Shown: positions 18,787-28,395 of the stretch, in pieces
How the letters are laid out: every line of letters begins with the position of its first letter
How positions within the stretch are numbered: position 1 is the stretch's first letter
Virus genome (UHGV): UHGV-2190349
Strand: one strand, 5' to 3'
Source of the DNA: a virus
DNA: 38,922 nt
The notes under the pieces: model-generated
What the model was told of the DNA's origin: nothing
The model's database searches: none
The model's input: the letters and a program-made list of their open reading frames with translations, nothing else
Program-made: the position numbers and the translations under genes

Positions 18787-20202
18787 TCAACCTACACCAC
18801 AAGGAATTGAGTAACTGGAATAGTCGGGTTGCGCAGCCGACTCCGGGCAATGCATACACATCATCAGCGCATCAGCCAGGTTAGGAGATGGAATACCGAG
18901 CTTCTGCTTCATTTCGACCTTAGTCATAAGCTCCAGCTTCCCGTTATTATTGAATTTGCGCTGAATCTGCGTCAGTTCTGCAAACAGCTTCTCCAGCATC
19001 TTCTCGCCTATCGCTTCTTTGTCGAAACTCAGCATGTCGTCGGGGTCTGCATACTCACCGTGGACAACCGCCCGATATGTCAGATACAGCCTGTCAGCCA
19101 GCGCGTAATAGAATTGCGCTCGCTTATTGCGGAATACATCGCCAATAGTGCGAACGTTGTCGCCCTGTACGACTTCATCAGCCCATGCTCCAGCCTGATA
19201 CGGCGCATCTTCATCGAATGGCGATTCGCTGCCTTTGAACATCGTGGCGGTGATTTTCTTACCGGAGAATGCTTCCGTTGTCTGTCTGCGTAGCCCGGCA
19301 CCAACACCATCACCATCCCACAGGTAATGGTCAGCGCCGTCTTCAATCGCCAGCGAAGTAGCCCAGTCAGCACCATCGTTGATGTCCATCAGCAGACCTT
19401 CGGCAATGCGCTTAACTACCGAACCGTGACGCGATGCATAACCTTTAGCATCTGGCCCTGTATCTGATGGGTCATGCGCAGAGACAACAGCGCCTTTCGC
19501 TTTCCATCCGAGTTTCTTGTGCGCATCGGTTGCGGCTTCAAGCCATTCACGTTTGATGATTGCCATATCACTTGCGCTTACCGGCTCACCAAGCCAGATG
19601 TGACGATACAGTGTCGGGTTTCTGCGTTTACACTCTTCCATCTCCAGACGGAGAACTTCAGGAAAGTGCGGGTTGTCGGTGTAGTTCACCGTCAGCAGAC
19701 AAATATCATCGGGAGGGTTTACTACGAATCGCTGATAGGTATCGTCGAGGATGTTTTTCGGGTTAAAGCTCACCCATATTTCAGAGAACGGCTTACGGAT
19801 GGTTGGTATCAGGATATCCCATGATTCCTTCGTTACCGCCTCCGCTTCTTCCACCCAGCAGATATCAATACCTTCGAGCGATTTAATCTTCGTCGGGTTG
19901 TTTTTGATGCCGTAGAACATGAATTCAGCATTCGTTCCGAGATGACGAATCATTGAACGCTGAATTTCAAACTCAGCCGAATACCCTTCACGCTCGATGG
20001 TGTCTTCAAGCAACCGGATTACCGAATCGCTGATACTGTTTTGCAGTTCACGAGCGCAGAGAATACGCACAGGTTGCCGACGCGCCGCCTCAATAAGCAG
20101 CCTCGCAATTGCCCATGACTTACCGCTACCTCGACCGCCTTTGGCGACTTTGTAGCGATGCGCCTCAATGAACGGTTCAAAGATAGGATTAATCGAGGTC
20201 AT
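18787..20202 (-). CDS. Terminase large subunit
   Basis: 471-aa ORF; Walker A-like GGRGSGKS near N-terminus; overlaps TerS stop. Confidence 0.9.
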   Translation of the reverse strand: MTSINPIFEPFIEAHRYKVAKGGRGSGKSWAIARLLIEAARRQPVRILCARELQNSISDSVIRLLEDTIEREGYSAEFEIQRSMIRHLGTNAEFMFYGIKNNPTKIKSLEGIDICWVEEAEAVTKESWDILIPTIRKPFSEIWVSFNPKNILDDTYQRFVVNPPDDICLLTVNYTDNPHFPEVLRLEMEECKRRNPTLYRHIWLGEPVSASDMAIIKREWLEAATDAHKKLGWKAKGAVVSAHDPSDTGPDAKGYASRHGSVVKRIAEGLLMDINDGADWATSLAIEDGADHYLWDGDGVGAGLRRQTTEAFSGKKITATMFKGSESPFDEDAPYQAGAWADEVVQGDNVRTIGDVFRNKRAQFYYALADRLYLTYRAVVHGEYADPDDMLSFDKEAIGEKMLEKLFAELTQIQRKFNNNGKLELMTKVEMKQKLGIPSPNLADALMMCMHCPESAAQPDYSSYSIPCGVG

Positions 20203-20624
20203 TTTCCGAATAGAGTGCTCATCGGTGATGTTTCAATCTGGATTGCGCCGCCGTCTTTGCCGACAAGCTCGTTAGTTACCTTGTCGCCATACTTACGGGG
20301 ATTCATTCGGGCCAGCGCCCATTTGCGGGTATCAACGCGAAGTCTTGCCTTTGCCACCTCAGCAGCATCTGGAATCGCAGTGTCAGCAATTTCGAATATC
20401 TCTTCGAAAATAGAATCAGCTCGTGCCTCAGTTGCCTTCGCGTACTTGTCTCTAAATTCGTCATGCTCTGACAGCCAGCGAAATACAGTAGCCTTTGCTG
20501 GCATGCCGGGGCGCTTGCAAACCTTAACCAGACTTTCCCCGGAGGCAAGCAGCGCACAGATATCATCAGCCACCTCCGGCAGGTAATCCGAAGGGCGACC
20601 GACGTTCTTTTTCTCAGTCGCCAT
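20199..20624 (-). CDS. Terminase small subunit (Sf6 gp1-like)
   Basis: 141-aa ORF; sequence closely resembles my recollection of Sf6 TerS (GRPSDY.PEVADDIC.LL.SGESL.KVCKRPGMP...). Confidence 0.85.
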   Translation of the reverse strand: MATEKKNVGRPSDYLPEVADDICALLASGESLVKVCKRPGMPAKATVFRWLSEHDEFRDKYAKATEARADSIFEEIFEIADTAIPDAAEVAKARLRVDTRKWALARMNPRKYGDKVTNELVGKDGGAIQIETSPMSTLFGK

Positions 20625-20703
20625 ATTGATTATTTCCCTTCTGCTTGCTTATCCCATTCATCGCGGAATTTGGATGGGTTGTAGAAACCTTGAGTTGCCA
20701 TGT

Positions 20704-20946
20704 TTATGCTCCGGTAGTGAACAGGTCTAACGCTTCCTTCGATTTACGCACCGCTTCGATAGTGCGGGTCGTGATATCTGAATTAGCGCCGCCTGACTGG
20801 AAGTGAATTTTGAATAGCTCAAGCTTCAGCTCGTCAGTGCCAATGAATTGAAATGCTTCCTCTGCGGCTGCGTTCTGGTTCATGACCAGTTTGTAAATCT
20901 CTAGCTGGAATTTCTGTTCTTCAGTCATGGGAATAATCTCTGCCAT
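20704..20946 (-). CDS. Hypothetical protein upstream of terminase genes
   Basis: 80-aa ORF, ATG start. Confidence 0.5.
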   Translation of the reverse strand: MAEIIPMTEEQKFQLEIYKLVMNQNAAAEEAFQFIGTDELKLELFKIHFQSGGANSDITTRTIEAVRKSKEALDLFTTGA

Positions 20947-21393
20947 TGTTGGCTCCGTTTATCCGTTAAAAGGGATATCAGTTAAGTTATCCCGTGTAGG
21001 GTATAAGCCATTGTCGAGACCACTCATTGAATGGTCTCTGCAATAACCGATGTCTTTCCATCAGTCCGCCACCACAAAGAATCTTTTTTGCCATAAGGCA
21101 GGAGGTTCATCTTTCAGTGGCTGCCAGTGTTATTTTCCCACTTTCTGGCTTGGGTTGTTTCGCTGTACTGCCGTAACTGGTTACCCAGAATAAATTCCGG
21201 TTTCATTATCAAGCCCACCCGTAGATGGGCTTTGTAATGAACTGGCTCTTATCTCAACGCAGCCCCTTACCGCGCGCCAGATGCTCAACTTCAAGCATCA
21301 GCAATGAGATGTTTAATCTGGATTCACTCCAGAAGTGATCACCACCCTGTCTACAGAGCCAGATGTGAAGGATGATGAGTAAAATTATCGCTA

Positions 21394-21831
21394 TCATCGA
21401 AGGCATTGCGTCCTGATGTATTCCTGCAAGTAGTTAACCTGCGCGGTTATCCTGTCGATTCCACTTCGGAGACGGTAATAATTGAGTTCAGCATCTGCTG
21501 TAAGTCCTGGGCTTTCTCCATCGCCCATGCTGCTGGCTCCGGTCGTTGACTTTGCACAGGTGGCGGCGACTTGCAGGCGCTTACGACCAGCAGAAACATC
21601 AGCACGGAGACTTTCGATAGTCGCGTTAGCATCAGCAAGTTCCTTTGTATATCTTGCGTCGAGTTCTGCTACATCACGTTGACGCTTCTGCATATCAGCG
21701 ATGATGGATGTGGCTTTATCGCGCTGTTCTTTGTAGGCGATGGCGTTATCACGGTAATGATTAACAGCCCATGACAGGCAGACGATGATGCAGATAACCA
21801 GAGCAGAGATAATCGCGGTGACTCTGCTCAT
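21394..21831 (-). CDS. Rz: Rz-like i-spanin
   Basis: 145-aa ORF after the endolysin gene with N-terminal TM segment and coiled-coil body. Confidence 0.85.
   Translation of the reverse strand: MSRVTAIISALVICIIVCLSWAVNHYRDNAIAYKEQRDKATSIIADMQKRQRDVAELDARYTKELADANATIESLRADVSAGRKRLQVAATCAKSTTGASSMGDGESPGLTADAELNYYRLRSGIDRITAQVNYLQEYIRTQCLR
21447..21638 (-). CDS. Rz1: Rz1-like o-spanin lipoprotein embedded in Rz (+1 frame)
   Basis: Embedded ORF with lipobox-like LVVSAC and Pro-rich region; true start may be an internal Met. Confidence 0.55.
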   Translation of the reverse strand: MLMLTRLSKVSVLMFLLVVSACKSPPPVQSQRPEPAAWAMEKAQDLQQMLNSIITVSEVESTG

Positions 21832-22304
21832 ACCTCAATCTCTCTGACCGTTCCGCCAGCTTCTTTGAATTTTGCAATCAGGCTGTCAACCTTATGCTCG
21901 AACTGACCGTAACCAGCCCCCGGCAGTGAAGCCCAGATATTGCTGCAACGGTCGATTGCCTGACGGATATCACCGCGATCAATCATCGGTAAAGCGCCAC
22001 GTTCCTTAATCTGTTGCAGTGCCACAGCGTCCTGGCTTTTCGGAGAGAAGTCTTTCAGGCCAAGCTGCTTACGATAGGCATCCCACCAACGGGAAAGAAG
22101 CTGGTAACGTCCGGCTGCTGTTGATTTGAGTTTGGGGTTTAGCGTGACAAGTTTGCGAGGGTGATCGGAGTAATCAGTGAATAGCTCTCCGCCAACAATG
22201 ACGTCATAACCATGATTTCTGGTTTTCTGACGTCCGTTATCAGTTCCCTCCGACCACGCCAGCATATCGAGGAACGCCTTACGTTGATTATTGATTTCCA
22301 CCAT
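21828..22304 (-). CDS. R: Endolysin (lambda R-like lytic transglycosylase)
   Basis: 158-aa product essentially matches remembered lambda R ([35 protein letters not shown]...). Confidence 0.95.
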   Translation of the reverse strand: MVEINNQRKAFLDMLAWSEGTDNGRQKTRNHGYDVIVGGELFTDYSDHPRKLVTLNPKLKSTAAGRYQLLSRWWDAYRKQLGLKDFSPKSQDAVALQQIKERGALPMIDRGDIRQAIDRCSNIWASLPGAGYGQFEHKVDSLIAKFKEAGGTVREIEV

Positions 22305-22611
22305 CTTCTACTCCGGCTTTTTTAGCAGCGAAGCGTTTGATAAGCGAACCAATCGAGTCAGTGCCGATATAGCCGATGAACACGCTCGTTATATAAGCGA
22401 GATTGCTACTTAGTCCGGCGAAGTCGAGAAGGTCACGAATGAACCAGGCGATAATGGCGCACATCGTTGCGTCGATTACTGTTTTTGTAAACGCACCGCC
22501 ATTATATCTGCCGCGAAGGTACGCCATTGCAAACGCAAGGATTGCCCCGATGCCTTGTTCCTTTGCCGCGAGAATGGCGGCTAACAGGTCATGTTTTTCT
22601 GGCATCTTCAT
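22288..22611 (-). CDS. S: Holin (lambda S-like, dual-start S107/S105)
   Basis: 107-aa product matches remembered lambda S ([39 protein letters not shown]...). Confidence 0.95.
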   Translation of the reverse strand: MKMPEKHDLLAAILAAKEQGIGAILAFAMAYLRGRYNGGAFTKTVIDATMCAIIAWFIRDLLDFAGLSSNLAYITSVFIGYIGTDSIGSLIKRFAAKKAGVEDGGNQ

Positions 22612-23051
22612 GTCTTACCCCCAATAAGGGGATTTGCTCTATTTAATTAGGAATAAGGTCGATTACTGATAGAACAAATCCAGGCTACTGTGTTTAGTAA
22701 TCAGATTTGTTCGTGACCGATATGCACGGGCAAAACGGCATGAGGTTGTTAGCGCAACCTCCCGCCACCCGCTTTCACGAAGGTCATGTGTAGAAGGCCG
22801 CAGCGTAACTATCACTAATGAATTCAGGACAGCCAGTGGCTACGGCTCAGTTTGGATTGTGGCGACCGGTGCTGATCTCCGGTTTGCTGCAACTGCCTAC
22901 AGCGGGCTACGTGGCCACACCGAATCCAGCGAAAGATTCTTGCCCTTACACATCAGCCTGTGCATTCACCACAACGGAAAGAGCACTGGCTAACCAGGCT
23001 CGCCGACTCTTCACGATTATCGACTCAATGCTCTTACCTGTTGTGCAGATA

Positions 23052-23111
23052 TAAAAAATCCCGAAACCGTTATGCATGCTCTAACTATTACCTGCGAACT
23101 GTTTCGGGATT
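23052..23111 (-). terminator. tR'-like intrinsic terminator (end of 6S-type late leader transcript)
   Basis: Inverted repeat AATCCCGAAAC...GTTTCGGGATT followed on the minus strand by a U-tract; matches remembered lambda tR' region. Confidence 0.65.
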
Positions 23112-23251
23112 GCATTTTGCAGACCTCTCAGCCTGCGATGGTTGGAGTTCCAGACGATACGTCGAAGTGACCAACTAGGCGGAATCGGTAGTAAGCGCCG
23201 CCTCTTTTTATCTCACTACCACAACGAGCGAATTAACCCATCGTTGGGTCA

Positions 23252-23280
23252 AATTTACCCAACTTTATTCAAAAAGTCAA
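23252..23280 (-). promoter_or_regulatory. Late promoter PR' (-35 TTGACT, 17-bp spacer, -10 TAAATT) with overlapping qut-type region
   Basis: Hexamers read on the minus strand just downstream of Q stop; sequence resembles remembered lambda PR'. Confidence 0.65.
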
Positions 23281-23322
23281 TATCATGCCGTTAATATGTT
23301 GCCATCCGTGGCAATCATGCTG

Positions 23323-23946
23323 CTAACGTGTGACCGCATTCAAAATGTTGTCTGCGATTGACTCTTCTTTGTGGCATTGCACCACCAGAGCGTCATACAG
23401 CGGCTTAACAGTGCGTGACCAGGTGGGTTGGGTAAGGTTTGGGATTAGCATCGTCACAGCGCGATATGCTGCGCTTGCTGGCATCCTTGAATAGCCGACG
23501 CCTTTGCATCTTCCGCACTCTTTCTCGACAACTCTCCCCCACTGCTCTGTTTTTGCTATATCAACCGCACGGCCTGTACCGTGACAATCTCTGCATCTTG
23601 CGCCCGGCGTCGCGGCACTACGGCAATAATCCGCATAAGCGAATGTTGCGAGCACTTGCAGTACCTTTACCTTAGTATTTCCTTCAAGCTTTGCCACACC
23701 ACGGTATTTCCCCGATACCTTGTGTGCAAATTGCATCAGATAGTTGATAGCCTTTTGTTTGTCGTTCTGGCTGAGTTCATGCTTACCGCAGAATGCAGCC
23801 ATTCCGAATCCGGCTTGTGATTGCGCCATCCCCATAGCAGCCATCACATCAGTACCGGAAAGAGAGTCAGAAGCCGTGGCCCGTGGTGAGTCGCTCATCA
23901 TCGGGCTTTTTGGCGAATGAAATTTAGCTACGCTTTCGAGTCTCAT
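23323..23946 (-). CDS. Q: Late antiterminator Q (lambda Q-like)
   Basis: 207-aa product matches remembered lambda Q (MRLESVAKFHSPKSPMMSDSPRATASDSLSGTDVMAAMGMAQSQAGFGMAAFCGKHELSQNDKQKAINYLMQFAHKVSGKYRG...). Confidence 0.95.
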   Translation of the reverse strand: MRLESVAKFHSPKSPMMSDSPRATASDSLSGTDVMAAMGMAQSQAGFGMAAFCGKHELSQNDKQKAINYLMQFAHKVSGKYRGVAKLEGNTKVKVLQVLATFAYADYCRSAATPGARCRDCHGTGRAVDIAKTEQWGRVVEKECGRCKGVGYSRMPASAAYRAVTMLIPNLTQPTWSRTVKPLYDALVVQCHKEESIADNILNAVTR

Positions 23947-24131
23947 GATCTTCCCCTTTTGCCCTGTTTGACCATCAGGACGCCGTTAACTATTACGTGA
24001 CGCTCGCCTTTGCTGTCTCGGTTGTACTTGAGCACTGTTCCTCTTGCGCAGGAAAGCATCCTCGCCACTTCGGTCTGATTGCCTCGTGTCTGGATAAGAA
24101 GCTCTGGTATCGTTTGAATTGTGGCGTTCAT
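23943..24131 (-). CDS. ninH: NinH-like protein
   Basis: 62-aa ORF with GNQTEVARML.C.RGTV.KY motif like lambda NinH; position just upstream of Q. Confidence 0.7.
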   Translation of the reverse strand: MNATIQTIPELLIQTRGNQTEVARMLSCARGTVLKYNRDSKGERHVIVNGVLMVKQGKRGRS

Positions 24132-24490
24132 ACGTTCTCCAGTTCGGTGATTTTTATTCCAAGCCTTCCGCCTGGTACTTTCACACCACGAATTACGCGA
24201 ATGTCATCGAATTGCTCGTCGTCTTCCGCAAATCCGGCGTGGATAAGGGAGTCGAGTAAACCCTTCAGGATGTTATCGAGGTCGCGGCGGCGGGAGTCTG
24301 GAACGTCTGCGATGACTTTGATGCGGAGTCTTGATTTGGTGAAAATGTCTAACTTGAGTTGGCGGATGATTTGCTGAACGTCTTTTCGGTATTTCTGGCC
24401 TTTATCGCTTATGTAATATTGGCTTCCCCGTCTTCGCCAGTAGGTATTCACCGACGGCGGGTATGGAAGCACAAACTGATATTCGTTCAT
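24128..24490 (-). CDS. rusA: RusA-type Holliday junction resolvase
   Basis: 120-aa product with RusA-like motifs (PPSVNTYWRR, DSRRRDLDNILKGLLDSL, GGRLGIKITE). Confidence 0.85.
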   Translation of the reverse strand: MNEYQFVLPYPPSVNTYWRRRGSQYYISDKGQKYRKDVQQIIRQLKLDIFTKSRLRIKVIADVPDSRRRDLDNILKGLLDSLIHAGFAEDDEQFDDIRVIRGVKVPGGRLGIKITELENV

Positions 24491-24777
24491 GACTTAATCT
24501 TCCCCTCCTTCAGCAGTATCGCCTGCGTCCTGATCACGCCTTCGAGGTGGTAAAGTCTGGCGTCTTTGTTGTCGAGGTTATGGGTGCGTCGGTCGATTTC
24601 ATCGTGACACGCGCTACAAGCCCATGCGCCGATCAGGTCGTCAGGCTTCATTCCCGTTCCGCAAATTCCAGCCATCCGGTAATGTGCCAGAACTGTAGTT
24701 TCAGGGTTGCCATTGCATACTCCGTAAATACGTACCTGGCATTCTCTGCCGCGTGCTTCTTTGCGTAGGTTAGCCAT
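24487..24777 (-). CDS. YbcO-like nin-region protein (DUF1364-type)
   Basis: 96-aa product resembles remembered DLP12 YbcO (RGRECQVRI.GVCNGNPET.VLAH.R..G.CGTG.KP.DLI...ACSACHDEIDRRTH). Confidence 0.7.
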   Translation of the reverse strand: MANLRKEARGRECQVRIYGVCNGNPETTVLAHYRMAGICGTGMKPDDLIGAWACSACHDEIDRRTHNLDNKDARLYHLEGVIRTQAILLKEGKIKS

Positions 24778-24996
24778 TTAATACTCCAGTTCAGGGTCAT
24801 TTTTTAGGTCATGTTTTTTGCAGAATTGCTGCCACTCTCTTTCCAGCCGCTTACCTGTAAATTTCACTCTGCATTTTGAGTAAGTGCTAATGGCATTAAA
24901 TGGTGCTGAGCCTTCAGGAAATCGAGAGCGGAATACTTCTGCCACAGGTACTAAAACCAAATACAAATAATCAGAGCTACTAAACGAATCACTCAT
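24778..24996 (-). CDS. Hypothetical nin-region protein
   Basis: 72-aa ORF in operon context. Confidence 0.4.
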   Translation of the reverse strand: MSDSFSSSDYLYLVLVPVAEVFRSRFPEGSAPFNAISTYSKCRVKFTGKRLEREWQQFCKKHDLKNDPELEY

Positions 24997-25165
24997 CGTC
25001 TTCTTCCTCGTACATTGAGCTATTCGGATCGCTCATCAGTTCTGCGCAGCAGTACTCACACACGTGAACTTCCAGCACATGCAGCTTCTGACCGCAGTTA
25101 GCGCACGTTAAAGCCCGCTCGACGCTTTCTTTCTGGTATTGAAGGGATTGGGATGGGCTAAGCAT
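24989..25165 (-). CDS. ninF: NinF-like protein
   Basis: Internal Met start; [58 protein letters not shown] resembles remembered lambda NinF. Confidence 0.7.
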   Translation of the reverse strand: MLSPSQSLQYQKESVERALTCANCGQKLHVLEVHVCEYCCAELMSDPNSSMYEEEDDE

Positions 25166-25565
25166 GGCTTTCACCATTAAAAAGTCGCTTGTAAGCATCA
25201 ATGTCTCGTTTTGCTTCACCAAGCTTTCGTCTTAATTCCATGTTTTCTGATTCAAGCTTTTCCATGTCTTGTTGGTATCGATCGCGGTGTTCTTTCCATG
25301 CTTTTCGATACGCCTTCATGTATGTCGTTTTGGCCTTTCTCTTTGCCTGACGAACAGCGTGATGGTTTTCTACAAACCACTCAGGGTCGTTAAATGCTGC
25401 TCTGGCGCATGTAGACAAATAATTTGCTGCCTCCCTGTTTGGCCAACAAATACTGATAAATGGCAACTTGATAAGCACCATTTTTCGTTGAGACTCTTTC
25501 TCGCCAAACATGTGCCATTTTTTGATGCTAAGGCCAAATCCAGGTTGAATTAAAAGCATTGTCAT
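25158..25565 (-). CDS. Hypothetical nin-region protein
   Basis: Start at ATG overlapping ninE stop (ATGA); 135 aa; no recognised family. Confidence 0.5.
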   Translation of the reverse strand: MTMLLIQPGFGLSIKKWHMFGEKESQRKMVLIKLPFISICWPNREAANYLSTCARAAFNDPEWFVENHHAVRQAKRKAKTTYMKAYRKAWKEHRDRYQQDMEKLESENMELRRKLGEAKRDIDAYKRLFNGESHA

Positions 25566-25738
25566 TTCCTCGCACGATGTCTTAGCCACCGGATATCCCA
25601 CAGGTGAGCCGTGTAGTTGAAGGTTTTTACGTCAGATTCTTTTGGGATTGGCTTGCGTTTATTTCTGGAGCGTTTCGTTGGAAGGTATTTGCAGTTTTCG
25701 CAGATGATGTCGGTGAAACTTCGTCGCTGTCGTCTCAT
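25562..25738 (-). CDS. ninE: NinE-like protein
   Basis: 58-aa ORF below the track size cut-off, found by manual translation ([58 protein letters not shown]); start overlaps ninB stop (ATGA); resembles remembered lambda NinE. Confidence 0.65.
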   Translation of the reverse strand: MRRQRRSFTDIICENCKYLPTKRSRNKRKPIPKESDVKTFNYTAHLWDIRWLRHRARK

Positions 25739-26145
25739 TCGTACCTCCTGTCGGTAAATCTGACACCCTTACCAATAGCCCATGCTGTCGTGTACTCAAT
25801 CAGACTTGCCATACGCTTCACGCTCATCTGTGCGCTGCTCTCACGAATGTTGACGTATTCGCCTTCAAGCCCGGGCAAAACATCAGCTTCCTGCTTTGTC
25901 GCCACTGCATGACCGCTTATCAACAAAACCTTCCATTGTTCTGGTTTTAACCATTTATCGCACCATTGAACCTGACGTGCGATATCCGCCAGCATCGCGT
26001 GAAATTTTGCGTTCTGGTCAAGGTTGCGCTTGTAGTCAGTAATGCGGATTGTGACTGGCTTGTCTTTATCGAGTGGTGTTGCGAGGATGGCATTTATTGC
26101 AGCTTGCTGTTGTTGCTTAGTTCGGAGGAAGATTGTTTGCTTCAC
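25735..26145 (-). CDS. ninB: NinB-like recombination protein
   Basis: 136-aa ORF; NinB-like motifs ([22 protein letters not shown]...W); position. Confidence 0.8.
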   Translation of the reverse strand: MKQTIFLRTKQQQQAAINAILATPLDKDKPVTIRITDYKRNLDQNAKFHAMLADIARQVQWCDKWLKPEQWKVLLISGHAVATKQEADVLPGLEGEYVNIRESSAQMSVKRMASLIEYTTAWAIGKGVRFTDRRYE

Positions 26146-26156
26146 TGAATACTCCT

Positions 26157-26348
26157 TTATTTTTTATGCCTGTAACCCCATTCTTCCAGCAACCTTGCGG
26201 CGTACCACCCAAGAAACAAAGGAAAGAACATTACAATGAGATATTCCCCGCCACGGTCAATGTTCGAAATTGACCAGATTACGATGTAACCAGTGCAGGA
26301 CAGGAATATTACAAACCCCAAAAAGCTACTTCGTCGACTCATGCTCAC
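26157..26348 (-). CDS. Hypothetical small membrane protein
   Basis: 63-aa ORF with two hydrophobic segments. Confidence 0.4.
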   Translation of the reverse strand: MSMSRRSSFLGFVIFLSCTGYIVIWSISNIDRGGEYLIVMFFPLFLGWYAARLLEEWGYRHKK

Positions 26349-26659
26349 TCCTTCACTTTGATTCCAGCAGCGCGGATGTTTTCCTCATAAGCATCCATTG
26401 CATCACCGAAGCCATTGGAATAATCAACAGTAAACCCTTTGGCTAATGCTTCTCTGCTGTCGATAAACTTTGGCGCGGTTATTTCAATATCTGCTCGCGA
26501 TGCCTGCCATAAAGTCCACCACTCATTTAAGGAGTGACGAATATCCATGCTTGAAAATGCGAAGTACCTATCACCATTTCTTGCCTCGGTTATCATCTCG
26601 AATGGTAATCTCAATTTTTTGGCAACGTATTCCTCAAACTGCTTTCTTGATTCGTCCAT
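26345..26659 (-). CDS. Hypothetical protein
   Basis: 104-aa ORF in operon context, ATG start. Confidence 0.5.
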   Translation of the reverse strand: MDESRKQFEEYVAKKLRLPFEMITEARNGDRYFAFSSMDIRHSLNEWWTLWQASRADIEITAPKFIDSREALAKGFTVDYSNGFGDAMDAYEENIRAAGIKVKE

Positions 26660-26676
26660 CGGTACTTACCCTCAGT

Positions 26677-26883
26677 TCAACTCACAAAACGCCACGCCAC
26701 TTTTGCAACGACAACAGGCATAACACCGATAATCACCCACAGGAAAATGCTACCGAAAAGCACACCCACCAGGTCTTTACCTTCGCCTACCAACCGGACA
26801 AAACTTCCGACAACCACAATGAACGTCGACACCATCCACATAGCACCGAGAATCCTCAATGCAGAGAAAATTAACTCAGCCAC
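26677..26883 (-). CDS. Hypothetical small membrane protein
   Basis: 68-aa strongly hydrophobic ORF. Confidence 0.4.
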   Translation of the reverse strand: MAELIFSALRILGAMWMVSTFIVVVGSFVRLVGEGKDLVGVLFGSIFLWVIIGVMPVVVAKVAWRFVS

Positions 26884-26958
26884 GATTTACTCTCCCCCAA
26901 ATAAAAAGGCCTGCGATTACCAGCAGGCCTGTTATTAGCTCAGTGATGTAGATGGTCA

Positions 26959-28395
26959 TCAGAATCCTCCTTTCTTCTTGGACTGCGGTTCCTCTCGTTC
27001 ACGTCGGCGCATTTCAGCAGACTGTTGGTCTGTGTCATAAATAGCGCCATTTGCCTGAATGCAATACACCGTGCCGGTATTGCCATGACGATTGAGACGA
27101 AGGATTAGTTCGGTTTCACCAGGTGGAACACTGTCATCAAAAGCGCCTTCACGATGGATCCCAACCCAATAATCGCAATCCTGTTCAATCTGCCCTGTAT
27201 CTCGTGAGTCACTTGGTAATGGGCGTTTATTGGTTCGGCTTTCCAGTGCGCGGTTAAGCTGTGTCAGAAGCACAACAACGCAATCAAGCTCTTTGGCAAG
27301 GTTCTTCAGTCCTTTGGTGATCATGCCGTAAGCAAGGTCGTTGCGATCGGCCTTCTCAGCGGTCATTAGTGTCAGGTAATCGACCAGAATCATGCCAACA
27401 TATCCTTTTTCTCGCTTGATTCGACGGCTTTCGCTGACGATTTGAGCCAGAGATAATCCCGGCGTGTCGTCGATGTAAAGCATGTCGATTTCACTCAAGC
27501 GATTGGCTGTTTCGATCGCCCTGTTGAAGTCACCATCGTAATCACCCTGATAGCCGTCATCAGCGTCATTTGTCGCCGGAAGGTAAAAAATATTCGGGTT
27601 AACACCAGACTTCTGCCCTACCAGTTTTTCCAGTATCTGGTCACCGGGCATTTCAAGGCTGAACATCAGAGCGGGCTTTTTCTCATGCACTGCGCAGTTG
27701 ATTGCCATCTGGCTGTATAGCGTCGTTTTCCCCATCTTAGGGCGAGCGCCAATGACAAACAGAGAGCCTTTCACCAGACCTTTCGGTGACAGCATCCTGT
27801 CCAGCGATGGGATCCCTGTGCTCATTCCTCGTTGTTCGCCTGACGGGTCAAATCGCTTCTCAAGGTCGCTAACCCAGTCTTCCATGACCTCACCAAATGA
27901 GCGAAGGCCGCGACGCGATCCGGTTTTTGCATGGTCTGTCAGTTGCGTGAAAATCGCCTGAATAGCTTCGTACTTCTGCGTTGCAGTCATTCCGTTGCGG
28001 GAATAGAGCAATTCCGTCGCTTCAGTCATGCGGTTGATGGCGTAGCGTTCCATTGCGGTTTCACGAACCTGCATTGCATAGGCAACGATGTTTGCTGCGC
28101 TTGGCGTGTTCTTTGCGATCTCAGCGATATAAGCAAAACCGCCAACAGACGCCGTTAACGATTTACGCTCCAGTTCATCGAAAAGCGTCAGGCCATCTAC
28201 TGGCTTTTGCTCCCGGTGCATTCTGGTTATTTCTTCGAAAAGGATTTTGTGTGGCCGGCTGTAAAATGAGTCAGGCTTCAGCATCGCCAGAACTTTCTGG
28301 ACGCGCTCACTGCTGTCATCATCCAGAAGCAATCCACCAATCACCGCCTGCTCTGCCTCGATGCTATGGTGCGGCGCATAAAAATTATCGGTCAT
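26959..28395 (-). CDS. DnaB-like replicative helicase (P22 gene 12 position)
   Basis: Start at internal ATG with GAGGGTG Shine-Dalgarno; Walker A GARPKMGKT; DnaB-like N-terminal domain. Confidence 0.9.
   Translation of the reverse strand: MTDNFYAPHHSIEAEQAVIGGLLLDDDSSERVQKVLAMLKPDSFYSRPHKILFEEITRMHREQKPVDGLTLFDELERKSLTASVGGFAYIAEIAKNTPSAANIVAYAMQVRETAMERYAINRMTEATELLYSRNGMTATQKYEAIQAIFTQLTDHAKTGSRRGLRSFGEVMEDWVSDLEKRFDPSGEQRGMSTGIPSLDRMLSPKGLVKGSLFVIGARPKMGKTTLYSQMAINCAVHEKKPALMFSLEMPGDQILEKLVGQKSGVNPNIFYLPATNDADDGYQGDYDGDFNRAIETANRLSEIDMLYIDDTPGLSLAQIVSESRRIKREKGYVGMILVDYLTLMTAEKADRNDLAYGMITKGLKNLAKELDCVVVLLTQLNRALESRTNKRPLPSDSRDTGQIEQDCDYWVGIHREGAFDDSVPPGETELILRLNRHGNTGTVYCIQANGAIYDTDQQSAEMRRREREEPQSKKKGGF

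Noticed and set aside
22818-23178. Two plus-strand ORFs (78 and 72 aa) in the Q-S intergenic region
   Set aside because: They overlap the PR'/6S-like leader and tR' terminator; lambda has no genes here
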